Below are positions 9,256-19,876 of a stretch of DNA of 64,000 bases, one piece after another. Origin of the DNA: an uncultured bacterium (GTDB lineage Bacteria > Zhuqueibacterota > QNDG01 > DTFT01); contig CAVTNR010000012.1 of the NCBI GenBank assembly GCA_963736115.1, positions 32,001 to 96,000 of the forward strand. The letters are read 5' to 3'. The notes beneath the pieces were generated by a model. That model was not told where the DNA came from. It searched no databases and saw nothing but the letters and a program-made list of their open reading frames with translations. A program made the position numbers and the translations under genes. Every line of letters starts with the position of its first letter. Position 1 is the first letter of the stretch.

Positions 9256-12051
9256 ATGAGTCCACGTTGTCGGATTCAACCGTCCATCATTCTCTTGCCG
9301 GGAATCGGCCTTATCCTTGGAGCGGGCATTCTGCCGGCGCGATCTTCCATGACTGCCGCATTGACCGGGGGACAGGCTGTCCATGCTTCTGCCGTCGGAA
9401 TGGATATGGAATCCGGATATGATCTCGGTGACGCGCCTGACGGAAGCAACGGATCCGGAGTGGTGATGACCGCATACCCCCAAGGCGGGCCTCCCGGCGT
9501 GACGGCTTCCTTTCCAACCGTATTCAGTGACGGCGTAAAACCGGCCGGTCCCCTGCACCGTTCGCCTGCAGGAACCGCTTTCCTCGGATCATCCGTATCC
9601 AATGAACAGGAAGCCGACACTGGAACCGATACGGATGGAGTGAACAACATACTGCCTTCCGCGGATTTCTCCGACCGGGATGGAGGGGACGACGGCGTCC
9701 TCATCCCGGTCGTTCTCCCCGGCTGTTCTCCTGTCTCCTTCAGCTTCACCGTCACCGTGGCTCGGCCCGGCGTCCGGCTATATGTCAACCTATGGATTGA
9801 CTGGAACCGGGACGGCGACTGGGACGATTCCCCGAAATGCCCCTCAGGCGCGACTGCGTACGAATGGGCGGTCCAGAACCAGCCGCTGTCCGGTCTGGCG
9901 GAGGGAATACACACAGTGCCATCGCCCTCCTTCATTCCGTACCATCCGGAGTCCGCCGTTCCCCTGCCGGTCTGGATGCGCGTTACGCTTTCAGAAATGC
10001 CGTGGAGCACCGAGTGGCTCTCCGGCGGAAAGGGCGCGGGATGCGGCCCGCCGGACGGATATGCTTCAGGCGAAACCGAAGATTATTGCTTCGTCCCGCT
10101 GTCCGGACAGGACTTCGATTGGGGCGATGCGCCCGCTCCCTACCCGACCCTGGATACGGACGGAGGGCCTTCGCATTTCATCACGCCCGGGCTCTGCCTC
10201 GGCCGGGCGGTGGACCCGGAAACGGAGGGCCTGGCCGATTCGCACGCCGCAGGCGACGATACCGGCGGCATGAACGACGCGGACGGCGTGACTTTCGATA
10301 CGCCGATTGAACCCGGGGCCGAGGCTTCGGTGACTGTGACCGCAACCGGGCAGGGGATCCTGAACGCCTGGATGGATTTCAACCGGGACGGTGACTGGAA
10401 CGACGTGGGCGAAAAAATCGCGGACGAACGGCCAATCGGTTCCGGGCCATTCTCGCTGGAATTCACGGTTCCCGCCGAGGCATCGCCCGGACTCTCGGTC
10501 TCGCGGTTCCGTTTCAGCCAGACCCGGGGCCTTGGCGTCTCCGGCAGCGCCCCCAACGGCGAGGTCGAGGACCATGCCTTCTCCATTGTTCCAACCGGCG
10601 GTTTTCCGCTGAAGTGGGACCAGGCGCTTCTCAAATTGCCGGTCTTCATCGAACCGGACGGTCTGGTTTTCTACTCTGACGGATGGGGGGAAGCGTCTGC
10701 GGTCGGGGACCGGGTCGTGGCCGATGACTGGATCTGCCTGGATCCGGGGCCGGTGACCGGCATCGTCTTCTGGGGCGCTTATGCGGGCTGGGATTCCGCG
10801 GCTCCGCCTCCGGAGGCGCCGGCGGCCTTTCAGATCGGGCTGTGGTCCGCGAGTCAGGCGTCCGGCGACACGGTTTTCGGAGGCCCGGCTGAACTCATCC
10901 GCCAATGGCGCGTGAACCGCTCCGCGCTCTCCGAGACAGACACAATCAAGACCTTGGAGAGCGGTAAAACCCGCTGCTTCCGCTATTCCTTCGATGTCCC
11001 GCCTTCGGACCGATTCTTCCAGGAGGCTGATTCGACCGTTTACTGGCTTTCGATCGCAGCGGTTTACGGCGGATATCCCGAGGAACACACCTGGGGATGG
11101 CTGACCCGGAATCATTATTTCCGGGATGACGCAGTTGTGATACGGGATCCGGCATTTCCCTCCATCGGATCCCGGACTCTTCAGACCGCACCCATCCAAA
11201 AGGGATGGGATATGGCCTTTCAGCTCAAAACCGACCGCTTCGAAGCCGCATTCGACTGGGGCGATGCGATGGGCAATGTTTCCTTTCCGGGGGCGGACTT
11301 TTACACACTCAGGGAATGGAACGGTGCGTGTCATTTCATCCGGCCCGGCGTCCATCTCGGATCCCGCGTGGATGCGGAAGAGGACGGACAGCCGGACGAA
11401 TCAGCGGCCGGGGACGGGGACGACGAGGACGGTGTTTTCATGCCGGAACAATTAATTCAGAACTGCATGAACGAATGCCGGGTGGAGGCATCCTGTCCCG
11501 GATTTCTGAACGGCTGGATTGATTTTCACGGGGGCGGACGATGGACGGCGGAGGGTGACCAGATTTTCCTGAACGTACAGTTGAACGCCGGGACGAACGT
11601 CCTCTCGTTCAGCGTTCCGTCGGATCTAGTCCCGACCGATCGGTATGCACGGTTCCGGTTCAGCACTGAGAGAAGCCTGAAACCGTATGGCCTGGCCGTG
11701 GACGGGGAGGCGGAGGATTATCTCGTGCATATCGCGCCCTCGGACGTCGAGGATCCGGAAGGCATCCTTCCCTTTCAAAACCGTTTGATGCAGAACTTTC
11801 CGAATCCCTTCAACCCCTCGACACGGATCGGATACAGCCTGGCCCGGCCCGGCCGCGTCAGGCTCGCTATAATCGATCTGACCGGAAGGGAAATCGCTGT
11901 GCTTATCGAATCGTCCATGCAGGCGGGAAATCACGCGGTTGTGTGGAACGGCAGGGACGGGACTGGCCGCTCGGTACCGGGCGGCCTTTATCTCTGCCGA
12001 ATCGAATCGGACGGATTCACGAAAACGCGGAAACTGCTGCTGGTGAAGTAG
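9256..12051 (+). CDS. Secreted protein with three GEVED-like domains and T9SS C-terminal domain
   Basis: Repeated WID(W/F)N-DGDW...GE(T/V/A)ED units, DWGDAP starts, NFPNPFNPST...KLLLVK terminus. Confidence 0.85.
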   Translation: MSPRCRIQPSIILLPGIGLILGAGILPARSSMTAALTGGQAVHASAVGMDMESGYDLGDAPDGSNGSGVVMTAYPQGGPPGVTASFPTVFSDGVKPAGPLHRSPAGTAFLGSSVSNEQEADTGTDTDGVNNILPSADFSDRDGGDDGVLIPVVLPGCSPVSFSFTVTVARPGVRLYVNLWIDWNRDGDWDDSPKCPSGATAYEWAVQNQPLSGLAEGIHTVPSPSFIPYHPESAVPLPVWMRVTLSEMPWSTEWLSGGKGAGCGPPDGYASGETEDYCFVPLSGQDFDWGDAPAPYPTLDTDGGPSHFITPGLCLGRAVDPETEGLADSHAAGDDTGGMNDADGVTFDTPIEPGAEASVTVTATGQGILNAWMDFNRDGDWNDVGEKIADERPIGSGPFSLEFTVPAEASPGLSVSRFRFSQTRGLGVSGSAPNGEVEDHAFSIVPTGGFPLKWDQALLKLPVFIEPDGLVFYSDGWGEASAVGDRVVADDWICLDPGPVTGIVFWGAYAGWDSAAPPPEAPAAFQIGLWSASQASGDTVFGGPAELIRQWRVNRSALSETDTIKTLESGKTRCFRYSFDVPPSDRFFQEADSTVYWLSIAAVYGGYPEEHTWGWLTRNHYFRDDAVVIRDPAFPSIGSRTLQTAPIQKGWDMAFQLKTDRFEAAFDWGDAMGNVSFPGADFYTLREWNGACHFIRPGVHLGSRVDAEEDGQPDESAAGDGDDEDGVFMPEQLIQNCMNECRVEASCPGFLNGWIDFHGGGRWTAEGDQIFLNVQLNAGTNVLSFSVPSDLVPTDRYARFRFSTERSLKPYGLAVDGEAEDYLVHIAPSDVEDPEGILPFQNRLMQNFPNPFNPSTRIGYSLARPGRVRLAIIDLTGREIAVLIESSMQAGNHAVVWNGRDGTGRSVPGGLYLCRIESDGFTKTRKLLLVK

Positions 12052-12062
12052 CGCCTGAAACG

Positions 12063-12138
12063 GAAGTGCCGGACCCTTCGAGGTGTCCGGCACTTCAAAC
12101 TCTCAAGTGCCCGGTACCCTGAAGGTGCCGGGCACTTG
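12063..12138. repeat. Two tandem REP-like palindromes between convergent genes
   Basis: AAGTGCCGGAC...GTCCGGCACTT and CAAGTGCCCGG...CCGGGCACTTG. Confidence 0.65.
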
Positions 12139-12141
12139 CCA

Positions 12142-14121
12142 TTACATCAGCTTCGCAATCTCCCGACCCGGCGTCACGCGGAAAATCGACAAGGCGTCGC
12201 TCTCCGGGATAGCGATCTCCCGGTCTTCGCAGAAAGCCTTCCCCTCGATTCTCCCGCCCGGCGCCGCCGGACACACCAGGAGCAGCACTTCTCCCGCGTG
12301 CCGGATCACGGACCCCAGTCCGCCCTCGGGCAGGCGGATCGGCGGCTTTAATCCGAACGCCTCCAGATGGGCTGGTTTGAACGCTTCGGGATCCAGGTCC
12401 GGTTCCGCGGGAAAGGGGATCGGTCTTCCTTCCGAGGTCATCAGCGGCACGCCGCCCGCGAAAAGAACCGGGAAATCCCTTTTTTTAATCTGCTGAAGTC
12501 TCTCCAGAGTCTCGGCTTCCAGTACATCCGGAAACGGGCAGATCAGGCTCCGGTACAGACGGAAACCGATCCGGAAACCGTCCCGCGAAAGGCGGCCTGC
12601 CATCAGAAGCGGAGACGATGCGACGTCCATCTGGAGTCCGGCGGACGCGAGTTTCCCGATGAAGCGATGCAGGCGGTCGGTGATGGAAGCGGCTGATTCC
12701 GGGCCGGCCGCGGCGAGCGTGCAGGCGGGATACAGAACCAGCGTATCCGCGTCCGGAAAGCGGAATCCCGTCCAGGCCTCCGCCGCCTTCAGCCTGCGGT
12801 TCGCCTCATGGAACGCGTCGAGCCCGGTATCCGGCGCGCATCCGGGTCCGATGCCATCCGCGACCCACCGGAGCGAATGAAGACCGCACAGATCCGTCCA
12901 GTGCCTGATCTGTTCCGGCCCGCAGTTCCGCAGATCGGCGCGCACGAGTCCGGACCGCATCGAGGAGAAGACGCCCAGGCCCTTGGTCAGTATCATCCGG
13001 CCGTTCATGCGGCCGTCCGCTTCCCGCATCCCTTCGGCCGCGTCCACAGCCGCGAAACCGGCGGCCGCCGGATAGAGCATGCGCCATGGATCCGGAACAG
13101 ACTGGAAGGTTCCGCCGCCGGGTTCCCATCCGTGCAGCATGGCCGCGCCCATGGACCCGAAAAATCCGTGCAGGCCCGCCTGCAGATCGCGGAATCCCCC
13201 GCGCAGCAGGTCGGTCAGCAGAAAACGGTAATGGAGACGGACCGCCACATGCGACCCGTCATCGAACGGAAAAACCAGGCCTAGCAGGCGGTCCCGCAGG
13301 TCGTATCCGTATTCCGCGATGAAGCTGTTGAAAAGGGAGAGGCTGACCGGAAGTCGGCCCGGATCGCCGCCGTATCCGCCGCGGTCCCAGGTGACGCCGT
13401 CGAATAGGGCCCCGCCGTCGAACAGGGACTCGACCAGCGCGATCAGGAGGTCGTTGTTCTCCCGGCCGCCCGGGTCCGCGAACCGGGTATTGAACCTCGG
13501 AAAGGCAATGACCCGCCAATCTTCCCCGTCCGGGCAGACCGCGGAACCGAACAGGTCGATTGCCCCTGCGCGGACATCGTCGAACATCCGCATTTCTGCG
13601 CTCAGGTCCCGGACGCTGTCGCTCAGAACCGTTCCGTTGTGGAGACGGAAGGCGAACGCCTTCTCGATTCCGTCCGGCTCGAGACCGAGCCTGGCCCCGT
13701 CGGTTTCCGGCTGCCGGGGCTCTCCCCGGTAAACGCACCGGATTTCAAACTTCCCTTTCCGGACGGGCGCCATGCAGAGATTCTCCGGTCCGAAGGCCGA
13801 ACCGGCGTCCCTGAGGATGAGGAGATTCTGAATGCGCTCCCCGGTCCGGGCGATGAGCGACTGCGAGGCGGAACGGGAGTCGGCCTGGAACCAGAACCGG
13901 ATGGACCGCTTCCGCGCCCATTGCCCGGCCTGCGCCACGGCTCGGACCACCTTCCGGTCCGTCAGGTCGTACCGCAGGGTCTTTCCGGGAACGGCCAGCA
14001 CGGCCGCAACGCCCTCCTTCTGAAACGCGTCGAGGTCCGACTTCAGCGAGTGCGGATCTTCGATGCGGTCGTCTCCCCAGGGCCACACCAGAAAGGCGCC
14101 CGTGCCTCCGGAGGCGGTCAT
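12142..14121 (-). CDS. Hypothetical protein, possibly a remote glycoside-hydrolase (GH106/GH42-like) relative
   Basis: FIAEYGYDL motif and a C-terminal class I glutamine amidotransferase-like segment (TLVLYP...GLQMDV...LYRSLICP); ATGA overlap with the epimerase. Confidence 0.45.
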   Translation of the reverse strand: MTASGGTGAFLVWPWGDDRIEDPHSLKSDLDAFQKEGVAAVLAVPGKTLRYDLTDRKVVRAVAQAGQWARKRSIRFWFQADSRSASQSLIARTGERIQNLLILRDAGSAFGPENLCMAPVRKGKFEIRCVYRGEPRQPETDGARLGLEPDGIEKAFAFRLHNGTVLSDSVRDLSAEMRMFDDVRAGAIDLFGSAVCPDGEDWRVIAFPRFNTRFADPGGRENNDLLIALVESLFDGGALFDGVTWDRGGYGGDPGRLPVSLSLFNSFIAEYGYDLRDRLLGLVFPFDDGSHVAVRLHYRFLLTDLLRGGFRDLQAGLHGFFGSMGAAMLHGWEPGGGTFQSVPDPWRMLYPAAAGFAAVDAAEGMREADGRMNGRMILTKGLGVFSSMRSGLVRADLRNCGPEQIRHWTDLCGLHSLRWVADGIGPGCAPDTGLDAFHEANRRLKAAEAWTGFRFPDADTLVLYPACTLAAAGPESAASITDRLHRFIGKLASAGLQMDVASSPLLMAGRLSRDGFRIGFRLYRSLICPFPDVLEAETLERLQQIKKRDFPVLFAGGVPLMTSEGRPIPFPAEPDLDPEAFKPAHLEAFGLKPPIRLPEGGLGSVIRHAGEVLLLVCPAAPGGRIEGKAFCEDREIAIPESDALSIFRVTPGREIAKLM

Positions 14122-15098
14122 CCGGATTTTCCCTCGATGAGGAGTCTCAGCCCCTGCTCCAGGGTGATGCGGGGCGTCCAGCGGATTTCCCGCCGGATTT
14201 TCTCGATGTTGAGCACGCGCCTGCGGATATTGTCAATGTCGAGACGGTCCACGGTTTCGATGGGAGACGACGATCCGGCCGCGGATAGCACTTTCTCCAT
14301 GAGCGTATTGATCGTGGTCTCGATGCCCGTTCCGACGTTGTAGATCTGTCCCTCGGCCTTGGACAGGCAGCAGGCCTGCAGCGTGGCGTCCACCGCATCA
14401 TCGATGAAGACAAAGTCGCGCGTCTGTTCCCCGTCACCGTGCACCTGAAGCGGTTTGCCGTCCAGCGCGTTTTTCAGGAACCGGTCCGCCGCGCCCGACG
14501 GAATGCGGCTGTCGCGGAGCGGCGCGCCGTACACGTTCGCGTACCGGAGCACGGTGGTCGACAGCCCGAAGGTCTCATAATACGCCTTGCAGTAATTCTC
14601 CCCTGCCAGTTTCGACACCGCGAACGGACTCAGCGGATTCAGCAGGTCGTCCTCGTTGATCGGGAGGTACCGGGGATTCCCGTACACGGCGTCCGTGGAC
14701 GCATAGACGACGCGCCGGACGGATCTGGATTTCCGGGCCGCGTTGAGCATATTCAGCGTCGCGCGGACGTTCAGGTCGCAGTCCAGCACCGGATCCCGCA
14801 GGGCGATGTCGATCGACGAGCCGGCCTCGTGCAGGACCACCGTGCAGTCCGCCATGGCGTCGGCCACCTGGGCGGGATTCAGGATGCTTCCCGTGAGTAC
14901 GGTCAGCCGTTTGTTCTCGGGAAGCCGGCGCCGGTCCCCCGCGCTCCAGTCGTCCAGAACGGTGACGGCCGCGCCTTCCTCGAGCAGGACGCGGACCACC
15001 GCGGATCCGATAAAGCCGCCGCCTCCCGTGACCAACGCCCGTTCATTTTCGAAATGCGGCCTTTCGAGGGCCTGATCCTTCTTCGCTTCGATTCCCAT
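14118..15098 (-). CDS. NAD-dependent epimerase/dehydratase (extended SDR) with FxxxK instead of YxxxK
   Basis: TGGGGFIG, ASTDAVYG, PLSPFAVSK, LRYANVYG, GDGEQTRDF. Confidence 0.88.
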   Translation of the reverse strand: MGIEAKKDQALERPHFENERALVTGGGGFIGSAVVRVLLEEGAAVTVLDDWSAGDRRRLPENKRLTVLTGSILNPAQVADAMADCTVVLHEAGSSIDIALRDPVLDCDLNVRATLNMLNAARKSRSVRRVVYASTDAVYGNPRYLPINEDDLLNPLSPFAVSKLAGENYCKAYYETFGLSTTVLRYANVYGAPLRDSRIPSGAADRFLKNALDGKPLQVHGDGEQTRDFVFIDDAVDATLQACCLSKAEGQIYNVGTGIETTINTLMEKVLSAAGSSSPIETVDRLDIDNIRRRVLNIEKIRREIRWTPRITLEQGLRLLIEGKSG

Positions 15099-15193
15099 CG
15101 GTTTGTCCTTTTCGCTTGATGGACCGTCCGTTCCCGCTCCTGTGCTCCGGAAAGACCGGCGCCTGCGGCCGGAACGCCGGACCGGTTCCGCGT

Positions 15194-16885
15194 CTATTCC
15201 GGCGTGTAACCGGCGACCCGGTAGTTGAACTCGTACGCCAGCGCGCCGCTCCAGTCCGCGTCATACACACCCTTGTATCGCGTTCCGTCGACCGGACCCA
15301 CCGGCTTGCCGTAAGTATAGAACCAGTTCACGACCGGACTGCCGGTGAAGCCGAGGCAGATCCAGTATTTCCCCGGAGACAGAACCGGAGGCGAGGTGTC
15401 GAATGAAAAATCCACCCAGTCATAGCCCGGTTTCCGGGGAATGCCGTCCAGCGGGATGAAGTCGCTCGTGGCGATCGCGGCGCCGGGTTTGCCGCCCGCG
15501 TCCCGGACCAGTTCCACCCAGAGCTGGCCGTTCCCGCCGAAGGCGTGCAGTGCGAGACCGATGCGGCGCAGTTTCAGCGGCTTTTTGAGAACGAACACCT
15601 GCGCGTACTGGGTCATCTTGGTCGTGACGTACTCGGCCGTCTCGACGAGGAAGTTCTTCTCCATCCGGAACTCGTCGGCCGCGCCCCGCTCGGCCGGTCC
15701 GCGGGTCAGGAGAAAATCCGCGCCCGCGGGGAAATCGAGGTTGCCGAAAACGGCCCGTCGGGTGTAATTCAACCGGTCGAGCTGGTCCCGGGGGACGGTC
15801 TTCGGAGGCGGAGGCGGCGCTACGGTCACGGGGACGAATTCCGCCTTCACGTCCGGGCAGACCAGCATGTTCCGCGGACCATAGGCCTGTTTCTCCATGC
15901 TCAGGCTCACCTGGTCCGAAACAAATTCGCCTTCGATGCCCTCCTCGAAAACCGGCTGACCGCCCCGGTCACCGGACTGCGTCCACCGGACCAGCCCGTC
16001 GTTCACGGTTTCCCGGTTGTCCAGGCCGACCTCGGCCCGGATGAACCGGTTGGATACGAAGAGCTCGGTCTGCTGGGGATCAAACGGAACCCAGCCGAGA
16101 TCCGGGAAGAACACCTCGATCCAGGAATGCCGGCCCTGCCCCAGGCGGAAGGCGAACTCGCCGTCGGGCGTCTTCACGGTGTACGGCTGTTTGAGCGTGA
16201 CGCCGTTGACGATGCGGACCGGTATGCCTGCGGCCCGCATGAGCGCGGCCGCGAGGTGGGAGTAGTTCTGGCAGTTGCCCTTGCCGCTCGTGAAGCTGTA
16301 GAGCGCGTCGTACTGCTGGGGCGGCGTGACATACCGCATGTGGTCGACCACCCAGGTCAGGATGCGCTGGACGGCGTCAAATTCAGTGGTTACGCCCCTG
16401 ACCAGTTCCGCGGATCGGGACCGGATGCCCGGATCCCCGGCCTGAACCTGTTCCGTGGCCTTCAGGTATACGGCCGTGTCCGATGTTGGCCGGACCGGGG
16501 GATACGGCGCCGCGGAGCGGAGGGTCTGCAGGACGGTTCGGTTCAGCGCCGTGAACTGCATTGAAACATCGACCGCCGCGGCCGGCGCCTTCCACACCAC
16601 CCGCACCACCGCGTTGCCCCGATTGTCCGTCTCATCCTGCCGTTCGGACGGGGGGACTGAAAAGGTCAGCCGGAAATCCTCGATCCGCTGGTTGAAGGTG
16701 GGAGAATTGAAATCCCCGGGGACGACGTAACTCAACGTGAGCGATCGCGTTCCCGCCGCGGGCTGAACACGCTGGGTCAGGCGGTAACGGATGCGGGATT
16801 CCTGCCCGCCGTTGATCAGGTAGTTTTCGCCGAAAGCGGGCGCGGCCGTCAGAGCCAGGCAGAGAACCGGGACCAGTCGTTTCAT
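15194..16885 (-). CDS. Secreted transglutaminase-like domain protein
   Basis: GNCQNYSHL (Cys), RHSWIEV (His), WVPFDP (Asp); signal peptide MKRLVPVLCLALTAAPAFG; AAGGAGG RBS. Confidence 0.85.
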   Translation of the reverse strand: MKRLVPVLCLALTAAPAFGENYLINGGQESRIRYRLTQRVQPAAGTRSLTLSYVVPGDFNSPTFNQRIEDFRLTFSVPPSERQDETDNRGNAVVRVVWKAPAAAVDVSMQFTALNRTVLQTLRSAAPYPPVRPTSDTAVYLKATEQVQAGDPGIRSRSAELVRGVTTEFDAVQRILTWVVDHMRYVTPPQQYDALYSFTSGKGNCQNYSHLAAALMRAAGIPVRIVNGVTLKQPYTVKTPDGEFAFRLGQGRHSWIEVFFPDLGWVPFDPQQTELFVSNRFIRAEVGLDNRETVNDGLVRWTQSGDRGGQPVFEEGIEGEFVSDQVSLSMEKQAYGPRNMLVCPDVKAEFVPVTVAPPPPPKTVPRDQLDRLNYTRRAVFGNLDFPAGADFLLTRGPAERGAADEFRMEKNFLVETAEYVTTKMTQYAQVFVLKKPLKLRRIGLALHAFGGNGQLWVELVRDAGGKPGAAIATSDFIPLDGIPRKPGYDWVDFSFDTSPPVLSPGKYWICLGFTGSPVVNWFYTYGKPVGPVDGTRYKGVYDADWSGALAYEFNYRVAGYTPE

Positions 16886-16914
16886 CGTCGCCTCCTTGTC
16901 CAACCGCAGACGTG

Positions 16915-19199
16915 TCACAGGCTGCGGAGAAAAAATCGGTCAGACCGTTGAACAGATGCACCCGGGTATCCTTCCCCGACAGGCCATGCTCCTTCCGCGG
17001 GTACAGCATGAGGCTGAACGGCTTGCGGCCGTTCTGGAGCGCATGCGCCATCTGCAGCGTGTTGGACGCGTGCACATTGTCGTCGGACATGCCGTGCACA
17101 AGCAGAAGACCGCCCCGGTAGCCGTCGATCCATGTCATCGGACTGCTCTCGTCATACCCTGAAGGATTGCGGGCGGGCAGACCCATGTAGCGCTCCGTCC
17201 ATATCGTATCGTAGTTCCGCAGGTCCGTCACCGGCGCCACGGCCGCGCCCGCGCGGAACACGCCCGCGCCCCGGGTCATGGCGAGGCAGGTCATCCAGCC
17301 GCCCCCGCTCCATCCCCAGATGCCGATCCGGCTGGAATCGACAAACGAAAGCGATCCGAGCCATCGCGCGGCTTCGATCTGGTCGAGCACACCGATGCCC
17401 ATGTTGCCGGCCACGAGATTCATGAAACGGTTGCCGTGCCCGAATGTGCCGCGGTTGTCCACGCTGAAAACAAGGACCCCGTGACGGAGCATGATCTGAT
17501 GCCAGCCGCTGCCCATCCCGTTGCCCCATGAATCGGACACCGTCTGCGAGGCCGGCCCGCCGTAGGTGTGGAAGAGGACGGGATACTTCCGCGTGGAATC
17601 GAAGCCGACGGGTTTGAACAGCATGGCGTTCAACTCGAGACCGTCCCGCGTGCGGAACGTCAGAAATTCCGGCGCGACCAGGTCGAATGCGTCGAGGCCG
17701 GGAAGCGCGCCGGACCGCAGGACGCGGATATCCGAGCCGTCGGACCGCCGCAGAACCGCGCGGGTCGGCGTCCGCACATTCGAAAAGGAGTCCAGAAAGT
17801 TCTCCTGATCCGGCGACAGGTTGGCCCGGTGGATTCCGGGCTCGACCGTGAGCCTTTCCGGAACGCCCCCTTCCAGGGAGACGCGATAGAAATGCCTTTC
17901 GAGCGGGGATTTCTCCGTGGCCTCGAAATAAATCCGGCCATCCGTTTCCGAAACGCCGGCCAAAGCGGTCACATCCCATCCGCCCGAGGTCAGGGGCCGG
18001 ATCAGGGCCCCGTCCGGAGCGAACAGGACCAGGTGCATCCGATCGAACCGTTCCGAGGCCCAGACGAAGCGGCCGTCCGGCAGAAAACGGACCATGTCAT
18101 TGCAGTCCACCCATCCGGCCGAATCCGTCTCCGTCAGCACGGTTCTCGTCCCGCCCTTCCGGATGTCCATGAACAGCAGGTCTAGCCGGTTCTGCTCCCG
18201 GTTCAGGCGCTGGATGGCCAGGGACTTTCCATCCGGCAGCCAACGAATGCGGGGGACATAGATGTCCGGGTCCGGACCCAGGCCGGCCCAGACAATGCGT
18301 CCGCCTTCCGCCGGAACCACGCCGATGCGGACCTTCGCGTTGGGATCTCCGGCTTTCGGGTATCGGATCCATTCGACTTTATTCAGGACGGGGATGAAAT
18401 CCGTCAGAGGGAACCGGGGTTCCCTCGAAGTGTCCAACTCCCAGAAAGCGAGGTGTTTCGAATCCGGGGACCAGGCGAATCCCGTGCGGATCGAGAACTC
18501 CTCTTCGTACACCCAGTCGAACCGGCCGATCAGGAGTTCGTCATTTCCCCCGCGGGTCAGCCGTTTCTCCCTTCCGGCACGGAGGTCCAGCACGCACAGG
18601 TTCCCTGATTTCACATACGCGACGGCACGTCCGTCCGGTGATACCGAGGCATCCCGCTCCTCTTCCGGATCTCCGGTGAGGCGGACGACGGCCCGTGGTC
18701 CGGAGGCGTAGAAAACGGAGGAATCCGCGGCCGGACGGCCGCTGTCCGTCCGTTCACGGCCTGCCGGTCCGGGGATTTCCGGATCGAAGGCCGCCGGGTC
18801 CAGAATCGCCGGATCGAGAACCACCAGGTCTAAGATCGCCAGATCCGTTCCGGAATTGAGAAGTATTCTTCTGCTGTCCGGGAACCAGGAATACCCCGGA
18901 AGCCGGAACCGTTTTTCATGACGGGATTCCGCGAAACGGGAAAGAACCGCGGAATCGAGCAGAACGGTTTCCCTGCCGGATGCGATGTCCTGAAGGATCA
19001 GGCTTCCGCCCCGATCCCGATCGGAGAAGGAAACCGCGCGGCCATCCGGCCGCCACTGAAAATCGTCCAGGGACTGCGGCTTGAGCACGCCGCTTTCATA
19101 CACATCCTCAACCGTCAGCGGTCTCTTTTCGCCGGCTTGCGCGGTTCCAGCCGCGAGTGCGGCTGCCAGCAGAATACAGATACGCGATTGAAGCCTCAT
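16915..19199 (-). CDS. Dipeptidyl peptidase IV (S9B); probable 1-nt deletion just before the true stop
   Basis: DWVYEEE, YPKAGDPN, GIWGWSGGG, DDNVH, KEHG. Restoring one base in the A-run at 16930-16935 gives the C-terminus DFFLRSL* ending at 16915. Confidence 0.88.
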
Positions 19200-19681
19200 C
19201 CCCTACCCCCGCCGTGCTTTTCCAGCCGGTCCAAACCGTCCCGCAGCGCTTCCACCCAGTCTTCAGCCGAATGCACGGCCGATTCCGGCAGACCGCCCAG
19301 AAAATTGCTGATCCTCGCGGCTGTGATGGCCCTGGCTTCCGTGATAGACCGGTTCAACGCCAGCTGAACCGCAGCACTGCCGCAGGCCATGGATGGGGCG
19401 CATCCGTCTGCGAGAAAGGACGCCCGCGTAATGCGGCCGTCCTGGATCTTGAGGAAAACCTCGAGCCTGTCTCCGCAATCATCGGTGTGGGTTCCCACCG
19501 CGTCCGCATCGTCCATACTGCCAAAATACGCGGGATCATAGGCTGTTTCAAGCGCTTTATCCGTGAACGGGCCCGAAGCCTCGCCCATCCAGTAGGCGCG
19601 GAGCCCGCCGAACACGCGTTCCAGCTCTTGGGCGTCCTCGGGATTGACTTTACCGTCATCATTCAATGAATTCTGTCTCAT
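19196..19681 (-). CDS. IscU/NifU N-terminal-like Fe-S scaffold protein
   Basis: CGDRLEVFLKI...FLADGCAPSMACGS...LGGLPESAVHS. Confidence 0.8.
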   Translation of the reverse strand: MRQNSLNDDGKVNPEDAQELERVFGGLRAYWMGEASGPFTDKALETAYDPAYFGSMDDADAVGTHTDDCGDRLEVFLKIQDGRITRASFLADGCAPSMACGSAAVQLALNRSITEARAITAARISNFLGGLPESAVHSAEDWVEALRDGLDRLEKHGGGRG

Positions 19682-19876
19682 CGAAAGGACTCCTGTAACA
19701 TGCGCCCCGCCGGTCCATCGCCCGCCTGAGAGGGGCCGCTTCTCCCGAATCCGCGCATGTAAATCGGTTCATTTTAATTTAGCCTTTTTTTCATGAAAAT
19801 CAAGGACAAAGCCTTTGGATTTGACGCCTGTTTTTCTTAAAATACAGTCGCCTCCATCACACCCCCGGGAGCTATT

